Positions 38,101 to 49,331 of a stretch of 64,000 bases of DNA are shown here, in pieces. Under the pieces are notes generated by a model, which made no database searches, was not told the DNA's origin, and worked only from the letters and a program-made list of their open reading frames with translations. Source of the stretch: Hydrolagus colliei (Eukaryota). Numbering within the stretch: position 1 is the first letter of the stretch; each line of letters opens with the position of its first letter. The translations under genes were made by a program, and so were the position numbers. The stretch is taken from the NCBI GenBank assembly GCA_035084275.1, contig CM068752.1, positions 13,020,001-13,084,000 of the forward strand. The letters run 5' to 3'.

Positions 38101-41100
38101 CGCGCGATGCCCGGTACTGCCTTCCACCACCTCCGCAACATTGCCAGACTCCGCCACTGCCCCACCCCCCCATGCGGCCGAAACACTTGTCCATGCATTC
38201 ATCACATCAAGGCTCGACTACGGGAACTCTGTCCTCATCGGCCTTCCCAGCTCCTCCCTTCACAAGCTGCAGATTATTCAGTACACTGCAGCTTGTGTAC
38301 TCTCCAGCTCTAGGCTTCGCGATCACATCACTCCCACTCTCGCCCATCTCCATTGGCTCCCCATCCCCCAGTGAGGATCACCCTCACTTTCAAGGCCATT
38401 CACGGCCTTGCCCCCGCCTATCTCTCCGACTTGCTGTCTCCTTATCAGCCCTGCCTTCCCACTCTGTTCAGTGGTTTCTTGCCTGCTCCATATTCCCCGC
38501 CCCAACCGCCCTACCATCGGTGGCCGGGCTTTCAGCCTGTCTGTTCCCACACTCTGGAACTCCATCCCGCAATCGCTGCCTCGCTTCCTTCCTTTCCTCC
38601 TTCAAGGCCGGTCTCAAGACCTTCCTCTTCGACCGCGCCTTCTGCTGCCCTCCTAACTCTCCACTAGGGAACGACGATATATCGGTTTTTCGATTAAACC
38701 CGATATGATTTTCAGATCGGTATGCCGATATGGTGATTCTAAAAAAAACGTTATATCGAGAGATTCGATTTTAAAAATATACATCGTTATATTTTTAATA
38801 TCGTTCCTGGCAATATATCAATATTGTTGGTATTATCAGTGTAATGCGATCTTTTCCAGCTTACCTTGTCGCCGGCATTGCAACCTCCTAGACCTAGAGC
38901 ATGGAATGCGCCTACATTCGGTGCGCGCGCACAATTAACGGGCGCGCACATCCGATGCGCGCGCACACTTTACTGTGTATACTCGACGTGAGTCATGGCG
39001 TCTTAACAAAGTCGCATCGCTGAAAATTGTAGTTTGAAAATTTACCTTTCTCATCATGGGGAAAAGAAGCCCCGTCTGGGACTACTTTGAAAACAATGCA
39101 GTCAGTAATGGTGTGTATAGATGTACAGTTTGCAAGTTCTTGGTTAAGACATCTGATTCGAGCACGAGCAACCTGCGACATCACATTAAGCAGCACCACC
39201 CCGCCCAGCACGCTGCCCTCAGAGCGAAATCATTGTCGACAACAGCAGGAAGTCGAACCAGCGCTTCGGAGAAAGCGACAGGTAGTGGGGCCAGTGCAGC
39301 TCAAACAATTCCTGCTTTATTTAAGAGGAGAACATTGTACCAGAGAGGGGACAAAAAGTGGCAAAGTATCACGAACGCTGTCACTTTTTGCATAGCAAAG
39401 GAGAGCTTGCCAATGGCGAAGGACATTAATTCAGACTTCAGACTACATAAAAATAAGTGGCATTTTGTGGCTGTAAGTGTTATTGTTGTGTGTGAGAGAG
39501 TTAGAAGCCAGATTATCACTGCTGTGTGTGTCTGACTAGACACACACATAGAAACAGTGATAATCTGGCTTCTAACTCTAACAGTCAGACTGTCTGTCTC
39601 TCTCTTTTCTATTGTAATAGATCTCATTTACACGTGGACATTACATGCTAGTTTCAAGCAAGAAATGGAGGAGAATAAATCTCTAGATTTTGTTTTTGGT
39701 GTGTGTGTGTTCTATTTTGTGTTTAGAGATGGAGGGAGAGAAGGAGAGGTGGAAAGTTGGGAGAGGNNNNNNNNNNNNNNNNNNNNNNNNNNNNNNNNNN
39801 NNNNNNNNNNNNNNNNNNNNNNNNNNNNNNNNNNNNNNNNNNNNNNNNNNNNNNNNNNNNNNNNNNNNNNNNNNNNNNNNNNNNNNNNNNNNNNNNNNNN
39901 NNNNNNNNNNNNNNNNNNNNNNNNNNNNNNNNNNNNNNNNNNNNGAGGGAGAGAAGGAGCGAGGGGAAAGGAGGGAGAGAAGGAGAGAGGAGAGGGAGGG
40001 AGGGAGAGAAGGAGAGGGGGAAAGGAGGGAGAGAAGGAGCGAGGGGAAAGGAGGGAGAGAAGGAGAGAGGAGAGGGAGGGAGGGAGAGAAGGAGAGGGGG
40101 AAAGGAGGGAGAGAAGGAGCGAGGGGAAAGGAGGGAGAGAGGGAGNNNNNNNNNNNNNNNNNNNNNNNNNNNNNNNNNNNNNNNNNNNNNNNNNNNNNNN
40201 NNNNNNNNNNNNNNNNNNNNNNNNNNNNNNNNNNNNNNNNNNNNNNNNNNNNNNNNNNNNNNNNNNNNNNNNNNNNNNNNNNNNNNNNNNNNNNNNNNNN
40301 NNNNNNAGAAGGAGAGGGGAAAGGAGGGAGAGAAGAAGAGGGGGAGGTAGGGAGCAAACAACATCGTATAATTCAACAGACCTTGACACCAACATTACAA
40401 ACTTTCTGGACCTGGAGCACGCATTTTGAAATGTGTGTGCACCGCGACTGCGCGCGCACCGTCAGTGCGGACGCACCGTCAATGCGCGCGCACCGCGACT
40501 GAGCGCGCACCATAAATGCGCGTGCGCCATCAATGCATGCACACTTCGAATGCATGCGCATGCGCAGTATAAAAACTCGATAGATCGGTTTAAGCAGGTA
40601 TGAGCAAACCGATATATCCATATCCGGAAAAATCCCATATCGCCGTTCCCTACTCTCCACCCTTTCCTACCCTCCGCCCAACTGCCACTACCCCGATCCT
40701 CCTCCCCCCTGCTCGGGTCCCGACCTAACTGTTCAGCACCTTGGGACGTCCTGCCGACGTGAAAGGCGCTCTATAAATGTAATTTTGTTGTTGTTATGCC
40801 TCTCTAACTGTGTGTTTCTTTCTATCTCTGTACGTGTGCGTCTCTGTGCCTGACACAGTGATTGTCCATCGCCTTGGGACGTCCTCCACGTGAAAGGCGC
40901 TATATGAGTGTCATTTTGTTGTTGTGCCTCTCACTCTTTTTCCAAATATATATGTATGTATATGTGTGTGTCTCTAGAAATATGTGTGTGAGAAAGAGAG
41001 AGAGAGAGGCTCCCTGCAGGTTTATTAAGATTGTGATGCTGGAAGCCTTGCGTATCTGTGTGCCACAAACCAACTTCCTGATATTGCAGCCTGACCTGAC

Positions 41101-41903
41101 TGTGCAGAGGAGCTCACTGCTCTTAGCCGGATATCCAACACAGAGATATTTGACATGTGGTTTCTGTGACTATACTTGTGAATGCTTGTCGACCTCTCCG
41201 TGATTTATTTAATCGTCTGGATCTTTTTCTGTTGACGTTTTCTCACTTTGGAATGGGTTTCTCAGGCCTGCAGTTTTACTCGCTCTGCAGTGCCTAACTC
41301 CTGCCTCTTTCCCTCTGTCCGCAGGGATTCACTCGGGTGTTCGAGGCCATGCCCGATATTAGTCTGGACATCCCCAACTGTTACAGCACTCTCGAGAGAT
41401 TTGTGCAGCGTTGTTACAAGGACGGAGTCATAACTAAAGCTCTCCAGGATCAGTGCCCTTCACGGTAAGTTACATCAATAACTATTGTTTGTATTGAATG
41501 TCCAAAGATCAGAAGAATAACTCTCAGTCTCTTCCCTTCTCATCTGTAACAGCTCCTCTGCTGACCCCATTTTTTTTTACCTTTTCCATGGAGTCATTGG
41601 GTGACCGGGGGGGAATTTATTGGGTTCTACTCTGCGGTGAGGGGAGAAGTCCTTTGGAGTGAGTGTGTGTGTGTTGGAGTGGTGGGGGGGTGAAGGGCAG
41701 GTTGATGGAGGGGGCTCTGTATATAGGGGAATGGGTGGGGGTGGAGGGGTTGAATCTGACTGACAAAAACAAGATGGAGTTTTGTTACCCGCACAATTAG
41801 GTATAGAGCTAGTTTTAATTAAACTCTGTTTCCCATTCCCAGGGAGGTGAAGTCGGCTTTGAGTGAAGAGGATGGCGGCAGTGTGCCAATGGCTGCCCAA
41901 TGA
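23120..41903 (+). CDS. pdcd4: Programmed cell death protein 4 family (two MA3 domains), complete spliced CDS, 451 aa; probably a PDCD4 paralog
   Basis: Coding exons 23120-23168, 28055-28297, 30240-30337, 31353-31466, 32377-32598, 32953-33050, 33478-33589, 34438-34545, 35018-35128, 41325-41464 and 41843-41903; total 1356 nt in frame, all GT-AG. Hallmarks: [61 protein letters not shown]. Sizes 114/222/98/108/111/140/61 match the PDCD4 exon structure as recalled. Confidence 0.95.
27607..27841. mobile_element. Short Tigger-type MITE
   Basis: TA|CAGGTAGACCTCACTTAACG ... CGTTAAGCGAGGACTCAGTG|TA. Confidence 0.75.
28055..28297 (+). CDS. pdcd4: PDCD4-like exon ([20 protein letters not shown]...GRGLPKK)
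   Basis: tttacag|GAGTGG...AAAAAAG|gtaatt; 243 nt. Confidence 0.93.
28842..29678. mobile_element. Tigger/pogo-type MITE (CAGTAAAAG family) with C-rich/(CA)n core
   Basis: CAGTAAAAGCCCATTTATC ... GATAAACCGGCTTTTACTG|TA; shares an internal segment (taacagaatattgt...ccaataaag) with 11329-11897. Confidence 0.8.
30240..30337 (+). CDS. pdcd4: PDCD4-like exon (GAGGKGVWG...DPNYDDDKQ)
   Basis: ttgcag|GAGGTG...AAACAG|gtaatc; 98 nt. Confidence 0.95.
31353..31466 (+). CDS. pdcd4: PDCD4-like exon (start of first MA3)
   Basis: tttcag|GGGGAG...GTGGCT|gtaagt; 114 nt. Confidence 0.95.
32377..32598 (+). CDS. pdcd4: PDCD4-like exon (first MA3 core)
   Basis: ttgcag|ACCCTC...CCCCAG|gtacgt; 222 nt. Confidence 0.95.
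32953..33050 (+). CDS. pdcd4: PDCD4-like exon ([13 protein letters not shown]...)
   Basis: ctgcag|ATGCTG...GCCCG|gtaagt; 98 nt. Confidence 0.95.
33478..33589 (+). CDS. pdcd4: PDCD4-like exon (AALDRA...[17 protein letters not shown])
   Basis: tgacag|CGCAGC...AAGGAG|gtaagg; 112 nt. Confidence 0.95.
34438..34545 (+). CDS. pdcd4: PDCD4-like exon (second MA3; [12 protein letters not shown])
   Basis: tcacag|ATGAAT...TACGAG|gtacat; 108 nt. Confidence 0.95.
35018..35128 (+). CDS. pdcd4: PDCD4-like exon (AVQMVLES...DQMNR)
   Basis: tctcag|GCTGTC...AACCGG|gtgaga; 111 nt. Confidence 0.95.
35438..35664. mobile_element. Tigger/pogo-type MITE (CAGTAAAAG family), 227 bp
   Basis: TA|CAGTAAAAGCTCGTTTATCCGGCAC ... 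GTGCCGGATAAACGGGCTTTTACTG|TA. Confidence 0.88.
35720..35975 (+). mobile_element. CR1 LINE 3' end
   Basis: tggaattctctaccc...aggctg...gatagatt...gatcagccatgatctt...gagggccgaat...ctcctgctcct is a typical chondrichthyan CR1 terminus; minus-strand pieces at ~48540-48705 and ~58968-59070. Confidence 0.75.
36205..36841. repeat. 62-bp perfect inverted repeat pair (36205-36266 / 36780-36841)
   Basis: ctgtgcagacatagatagaattagcaaagctactctgctactgtgagctttcaatcagactt and its exact reverse complement. Confidence 0.93.
38665..40652 (+). mobile_element. hAT deletion derivative with BED-finger ORF, copy B (inserted in an L2 within a PDCD4-like intron)
   Basis: Same TIRs (left TAGGGAACGACGAT); perfect 8-bp TSD CTCTCCAC (38657-38664, 40653-40660); near-identical to copy A. 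Confidence 0.95.
39056..39535 (+). CDS. Truncated hAT transposase N-terminus (BED zinc finger), 159 aa
   Basis: Near-identical to 7322-7804 and also open. Confidence 0.75.
   Translation: MGKRSPVWDYFENNAVSNGVYRCTVCKFLVKTSDSSTSNLRHHIKQHHPAQHAALRAKSLSTTAGSRTSASEKATGSGASAAQTIPALFKRRTLYQRGDKKWQSITNAVTFCIAKESLPMAKDINSDFRLHKNKWHFVAVSVIVVCERVRSQIITAVCV
41325..41464 (+). CDS. pdcd4: PDCD4-like exon ([12 protein letters not shown]...CPSR)
   Basis: ccgcag|GGATTC...TTCACG|gtaagt; 140 nt. Confidence 0.95.
41843..41903 (+). CDS. pdcd4: PDCD4-like last coding exon ([19 protein letters not shown])
   Basis: ttcccag|GGAGG...CAATGA; 61 nt, phase 2; SEEDGG aligns with the SEGDGG of PDCD4. Confidence 0.8.
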
Positions 41904-42447
41904 GACACAGACCGCGTTGGACCTGAAGGAGAGGGAACGTTTCAGAATCCCTGGCGTGAACGGTCGCTATTTTGACCGTTGCATTGGTTGCATTTGGGTT
42001 AAAAATTCATCGCCGGATAAGGATGAATTTAAACAGGGAAGGGTGAGGCTAACCGGCTCAGGGTTAATTGCCACAAACTAGGATTGTTGTTATTATTTTG
42101 AAGGCTTGCTTGTGAGGCTTGGTTCTCGGGAGTAGTGGGAATGCTCTGTTTCCTGGGTTGCTCAGTGCTCCCTGTTCCTGACCTGACTTGGGGCTCCCGT
42201 CTAAACAGACACTGACACAGTGTGAAATGCTGCCATTTAGACCAGCCCAACCAACCAAATCTTCAAAATCGTTTATATAAAAAAAAGTTTTTCATTCACA
42301 AGACTTCAATATATTCAACATTGCATAAGGAACGTGAGGTGAATATTGGTACATTTGTAGTCAAATGTAATCCTACAGTATATAACAATCAAGTCTGGGA
42401 TTGGAATTTGAGCCATTTGTTCTGTACTGTATCTTTGTACGGCCTCT

Positions 42448-42453
42448 AATAAA
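42448..42453 (+). terminator. Candidate polyadenylation signal of the PDCD4-like gene
   Basis: First AATAAA after the stop, followed by a T/GT-rich tract; implies a ~560-nt 3' UTR. Confidence 0.6.
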
Positions 42454-42650
42454 GCTTTACGTTTTATGGTGTCTCCCATCTCTTACCTGGTGGCTTTCTC
42501 AGCAACCGCCCAGTATTACAGCACCTGTCGCCTGGTCCATTCATTACCTGCTGCTGTTTTTAGTGCCGGCTGGGGACGGAGAGAAAATACAGCCGATTGC
42601 TTTCAGCACTGCCCCACAAACAGTCGTGGATGGAATGACCAATTTATTAT

Positions 42651-43516
42651 CCCCCGATATACGACACGGTTGCGATCCTGAAAAACACGCAAATCAAAAG
42701 TTTGTAAATCGGTACACGTTTTCCCATGCGGTCCCATTATATAACCTGAGATGCATTATTTTGACAAAAGTTTTGGACCTTAAACCCACTAAAATAACAC
42801 GCATCACACAAAATAACACATAGGCAAGAAGGGGTACTTGGGGTAACTGTACAGTACTGTACTGTAACACTGGCAAACTTTAATACAGTACAGTACTAGT
42901 AAACTTTAATACTGGCAGTGTGAGGGATAGGAAGTAGAAAGTTGATAATCTGGTTGCATCTGTAGCTGTAACACACTTTGAACTTGCCAGTATTTTGTCA
43001 TTATTCTTCTGTACAGTAGCCACCGTCGATCTAGCTAGCCCTAAAGCCCTCCCGATGTCCATAAGTTTTTCGCCAGACGCAATGCGCTTTATCACCACTA
43101 ATTTTGTATCTAAAGTGATGACTTTGCGGGATCTCTTCCCGCTAGCGGTATTACTGCTACTATTTCATTTACTGGTCTCTTTTCTGACATTGTAGAAACA
43201 CGATAGAGGCTGTAAATCGCTCGAAATTGCTGGGGAATTTTCGGAAATACAATAATACTGACCACGCTGTCGCTTCAAAAGAAGCTGGCTTTTAAACAAT
43301 TACATAGCGACATGCTATTGGCCAGTTGAACAGCTTGGATACAGTATACGTACTGCAAATTTACCGCAAAATACTATACTGCGCATGCGCAAAAAATAAG
43401 CTCATTTTTTGCAGTTTAAAATGAAATAAAACATTGTACATCGATAAAAAGGTGTTAAAAAATTATGTTTGTTAAATTGAAATCATGTAGAGATGTCGCA
43501 AATCGGAAGGTACCTG
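42651..43516 (-). mobile_element. Tigger deletion derivative (psq/CENP-B HTH remnant)
   Basis: Minus-strand VIKRIASGEKLMDIGRALGLARSTVATV; right end TACCTG|TA; left end eroded. Confidence 0.8.
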
Positions 43517-46500
43517 TACTAATTTATTTTTATTGTTAATTTTTTGAATTATTACCCCAAATATATAAGTAATCTGCCAATCGAGTACCCACCGAGTTCT
43601 TACCTATTGCCAGGTAAATAGAGGTGTTTACCTGGCAATAGAAGAGTAAGGAAGCTTAGTCACCATTTCGCCCTGCCGGGAATCAAACCTAGGTCTCTCA
43701 CTTGTGAAGCGAGTGCTCTAACCACTCAGCGTCTGGCAGGTGCTGTGTATTATAGTTGTAGCGTCTGCTCTCCACAGTGTGTTGTGTGGTGAGGTGTGCT
43801 GCTGATGGCTGGACTGTGTGTGAAGGTGTGACCAGCACATGTTTGTGCTGAGGTGGCTGATACTATCACTGGGCATTACTGACACTCAAACTCCAGGAAT
43901 CCTCTGAATGGCTGGCTTATGATCATTATATTTCATGGGTGAATATTACAACAACAAAATTACATTTGTATAGCGCCATTCATGGCAGGAGGACGTCCCA
44001 AGACAGTTACTGCTTCAGTCTTAAGCTGAGGACAAGGGGGGAGGGAAGGGGAGATAAAGAGTTGCCGATGGGTCCATCGAAGAGAGTCTTGAGGCGAGAC
44101 TTGAAGGAGGCCATTACTATGAAAACGGGTGAATAAATGTAAGACCTCAATCTGGTTCAATTGGGAGCACTCTCAATGCAACACAATGGGTCGAAAGACT
44201 GTGTTGTTGATTTCCATGATTCTGTGAGAAATGAACAGAAAATATTGTGACTGAGTCACACAGAAGATCCCAGATGCAATTGTTGGAAATTGAGTGACGT
44301 CAAGATTGAACTTGTCTCCTAGTGACATAGGGATTATAGGGAAGAAACGGCCAGCCAAATAGTTGGATCTCCCTGGCCGATATAACAATAACAATTCTGG
44401 CATTTGATACAACGCTTTCCACATCTAGATGTCACAAAACACTTCACAGAATATACTGTAAAATAAATTGACTGTATATTTGTGGGTGAAATGCAGCAGA
44501 CAGTTGGGCACAGCAGCGTCCCACAAACAGTCATGGATAGTAATTGACCAATTTATTATTCTTTGTTTTTCAAGGGATTATTATTAGGTGTGTGGAGAAA
44601 GGAAACGTGCCCAAGGTTTCGCCCTGCCTGGAATCAAACCCAGGTCTCTCACTTGAGAGGCGAATGTTCTATCCTCTGAGCTACAGAACTCCATGTTGTC
44701 TTTATCTCTAATGAATTATATTTCATAAAGATATTTGAGATGTTTAGTTTACATGAAAGAGTATATAAATGCAAGTTATTGTTACTCTACCAATACTAAT
44801 GTGGGCTGTGCTGCTCTGAACTGTTCCATTCCTGTAGCTCTGACAAGGTTATCCTAAACACTGAGTCAGGACACCGGTAGTGCTGGAGTTGAGGGTGGAA
44901 GCGGAAAGGTAGAGTTGGGTGTCATCCTATTGAAATCAAGACCTCCAAAATTTACAGGGTTTTGCCAAAATATACAGTCCATTCACTTTATGGTTTATTC
45001 TGTGAAGTGATTTGGGATGTCTGTAAGACATGAAAAGTGCTTTATCAAACGTAAGAATTATTATCTCCATTAATAATAATAATTATAATACCAATCTTCC
45101 CACTGTTAACTTTTTTTTAACCAGAACTTTTAAGATTGTGGAGCTCCTTCCCCAGTTATCATATCGTCTGAAATCCCACAGACTTTTGCTGTGCACAAAT
45201 TGGCTTTCTGCCACATTCCCCTACACAATATAGTCTATCCACTTCACAGTCCTATAGCTCAGTGGTTAGCGCAAGCACATTGCAAGCTTGGATCCAATCC
45301 AGACAACGCGAAAGCTTGGGCAATATTCATGGGTTCACACGCCTGACAATAAAAGCTTGCCACACAGTGCTTGCAATAGCAAGCTGGATGGTTTCAGTTG
45401 CTTAGACTCTAGCAGTAACTCAAGGCACACTCTTGCTAACCTTGCCTGTTAATCCAGGAGATGAGACAAACTGGGTGCTTCACTCTGGGGAGAGTGTGTG
45501 AATTCCATTCCAGAAATAGGGAAATTTCTTTGTGTAAGTGGAATACATGTGTGGAACTCTAATCTGATTAGCACGGTGATGAGTTTCCACATATAACAAG
45601 CAGCTGGCTGACTAACACATAGTGTCGTGTACTTCCCCTTTCTTTTCAGGATGCTATGCTAAAGGATTATTATTAAACACTAGGAAGTCCCTGCGAAGTT
45701 GTATTTCATTTTGTCTCCACCCACTGCTTTGTTTAATGCCCGTGCTGCTGGTGTTAATAATAATCCTTGCATTTGATATAGTGCTTTTCACGTCTTCTAG
45801 ACGTCCACTTACACACAGAAATTTCCCTGGAACTGAACACGAGGAAGGTACAGTTTACTGAGCTGCCTCTTTTGCAATGTATTGCCATGTATTGATAATA
45901 ATATTGATCCTTGCATTTGATTATTTGCTCCCTCTTTTGCCTGGTTGAAGCCACGACTCAAGAGCTTCCTTTTTGACTCTGCCTTCAGACACCCTCCTAA
46001 ATGCTCTGCCCTCTCTCATCCCAATCCTGCCTCCCACTCTTGGGTCCTCTTCACTGACTGTTCAGCTCATTGGGACGACCTCCTGGAGTGAAAGGCAAAT
46101 GTACAAATGTAGTGTAATTTCTTTTGTTGTGGTTATCAGGTCGTTGAGGCATGTCAAACACTTAACAGAATATGGATTGACTGTATATTTTGTGGGTGAA
46201 ATATGACAGCTAAATGTGTACAGCAGTGTCCCACCAACTTTCGTAGATTTAGTGACCAAATATTATAATTTTATTTATTAATTTGAAGAAATTATTACCC
46301 ATGGAAAGTGATCTGTAATCAACTGACAACCAAATTCCAACTTAATGCTTGGTAAACAAAGGCACATAGAAACTTATCTAAAGTTTTATCTCGGGGTATC
46401 GAACCCGGGTCTTCTCACTTGTTTTATGTAAAGGGAGCATTGGCAATCCAGCTCTGGGGTGAATCATAAAATAATGCTCTTTATTAATCCTTGCATTTGA

Positions 46501-46744
46501 TGCATTGGATGTAACATTTTTCATATCATAAAGATGTCTCAAAGTACTATGAGATATGAAAAATATCTAGAAGACATGAAAAGCGCTCTATAAAATGCAA
46601 AGTTTATTATTATTGTTCTGATTTTAAGGCTGTGCCCCCATAACAGAGTTTTTACCAGAGGGAAGAGTCATTCACTATCTAACCTGTCAATTGAATTGCA
46701 TTCATTATTTTAAATACCTCAAACAAATCACCCCATAATCTCCC

Positions 46745-47350
46745 TAATCTGGACTACGGAAACTCTCTCCTAGTCGGCCTCCCCAGTTCCTCCATTCATA
46801 GGCTGCATCCCATCCAAAACTCTGCAGCCCGTGTACTATCCCACACCCGCCTCCGTGACCACATAACCCCCACCCTCGCCCGTCTCCACTGGCTCCCCAT
46901 CCTCCAGAGGATCGAATTTAAGATCCTCGTCCTCACCTACAAGGCCTTACACGGCCTTGCCCCATCCTACCTAGCCGATCTACTCTCCCCCTACACGCCC
47001 ACCCGGACCCTCCGTTCAACAGAACTTGGCCTGCTCCAAGCCCCCCGCCCGAACCGCCCCACCATCGGAGGCCGGGCCTTCAATTTCTCCGCTCCCACCT
47101 TATGGAATGCCATCCCTCAATCCCTCCGTTTCACCTCTTCCCTTTCTTCTTTCAAGGCCGATTTGAAGACTTTCCTCTTCGATCGTGCCTTTTGTTCCAC
47201 CCCAAACTCTTTTACCTCCCCTTCGTGTTTCACCCCTTCCCAAACACTCCCCTCCCAGCTCGGGTCACACGCCTCTTGTTTAGCGCCTTGGGACGTCCTC
47301 CCGACGTGAAAGGCGCTATATAAATGTAAATTGTTGTTGTTGTTGTTGTT
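46745..47350 (+). mobile_element. Young L2 3' fragment
   Basis: Little-decayed LDYGNS...LHWLP...RIEFKIL; the 3' end is nearly identical to copies at ~29935-30164 (+) and ~53781-54080 (-). Confidence 0.88.
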
Positions 47351-49331
47351 AATCTCAAGGACATCTCAGTCTACCCAGCCATTCATTATTACAAGCTCTT
47401 TTAGCCCAGGTATTAATCAAGGTACTATAACTCACCAATTACTTTCCGAAGAATTGGTGCCTAAAAAATCCCACACTCACTCCAAATGAGGTCTGACATC
47501 TGACGAATCTTTTCTATAACAGGAGAAGCAACTTCTCACTTTGATATTGCAGATCTATCTTGTAAGAACGCTTTATTGCCTGGTGGTGAGTCTGTGAATT
47601 TAGATATAAATTACGTGCTATGCTCATCTGTCCTTCCTCTTGCTTCTCCATTTAGAACATACTCCAAATTGCTGCACTTTTTCTATCCCAAGTTTATTGT
47701 TGCCTTACTCTTTCCAAAGTGGAACCTTAGTGTCTTGTTTAATTCTTCCCACACTCTTTCAAACCCCACATCCATCCAAGAGTCCCTATGATTCGCTCTC
47801 TCTCTTACCTTGTTCAGTGTCCATCTGAAGACCTACCTCTATGACTGCTCTTTCAATTATCCCTCCCCTGTTCAACAACATCAAATTCCTTTATTTGTAC
47901 CTTTCACTTGGGGAGGACATCCCACGGTGCTGAGCAGCACCCTTCGATCCTATCCCTAACTCACTTGTTCAACCAGCAGTGATACACACTTTGCCCTCCC
48001 AATGTGAATGGTGTTATATAAATATAAATCCTATTGTATGTTGAATGATAAACTCCATCTTCCATAGCTAGCCCATTCTCTTAGTATGCAGACTTCTCTG
48101 CAATTTTTTGCCTTCCCTTGACGTAAATTCACATTAGGATTTTCAGGGTGAATTATCCACCATTTTGAGGTGATTCCCCAACCTATACTGTGTTAGCTGA
48201 TCTCTGCTGCGTGGAACTGGCCTCTGAGTGTTCCTGGTTTAAGGATAATCGGTCAGAATCCCTGCTCCTGATGGCTGTCCAGCAATCCGACTGGAGTTGT
48301 GAGGATTAGTTATCAGGATCAGCTGTGCTGCCATCCTACAGTAAAAATAAGATACTGACATTCACTGTCAGGCTTCACATCATAGAATCCTAAAGCATAG
48401 GAGGCCAAGCAGCACATCATGTCTGTGACAGCTCTTTGGAAGATCTACCCAACCATTCCCACTCTCCCGCTCTTTTTCCATACCTCTGCAATTTTCCTTC
48501 TCATTTACCTATCTAATTCCCTTTTGAAAGTTTTTAAAAAATCTTTTTACACCACCCTAAGGCAGTGCATTCCAAACCATAACAACTCTCTGTGTAAAAA
48601 AAAATTCCCTCTGGTTCATTTTCTAATTATCTTAAATCTATGTGCTCGGTTATTGACTAACCTACCAGTGGAAACAGTTTCTCCCTATCTATTCTATTAA
48701 AACATCTACGAAAATACATATGAATAATGATCACTTGGTTGTGGATTCACATGGAAATGGTGTATAGTGAGAAGAAAGTCAGGATGGAGAGTAGGGAGGA
48801 AATTAAAAATGTAATGTTTGATTTATATTGAAAAATAGAATCTTTCAAAAAAATTATATGTACAGTATATATATATCTAATCCCCATTTTGCAAAACTGA
48901 AGTATGAATTTCTCAATACCAAATTCAGACTTGTGTGCCCATAGTTTCAACATTGGTTTCATAATCTGTATCGTAATAGATACATAATTCTTAAATTGTT
49001 GCATTTTTAACACTTTTTTTGGAAACCAATATTTCCTGTAAACGTACAATTTGCATTTTGAAGTTTTGTGGTAAAATGCTTTACATGGAGTACTGTAGCT
49101 CAGTGGTTAGAGCACTCGGCCTTAAAAGTGTGAGATCTGTGTTCATATCTAGGCAGGTCAGGGTGAAATCTTGGGCAAGTTTCCTTACTCCATGCCTAAT
49201 AATAATCCCTCAAAATAAATCATAAAAATTGGTAATTTCAAACAACAACAACAGTTTATGAGACATTGCTGAGCACAATTGGCTGCTTCATTTCACCCAT
49301 ATATATATACAGTCAATTCACTTTACAGTAC

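Larger units (their letters stand above)
37531..40795 (+). mobile_element. L2-clade LINE 3' fragment split by hAT copy B
   Basis: [41 protein letters not shown] at 37531-38664; 3' end and tail resume at 40653-40795. Confidence 0.9.
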
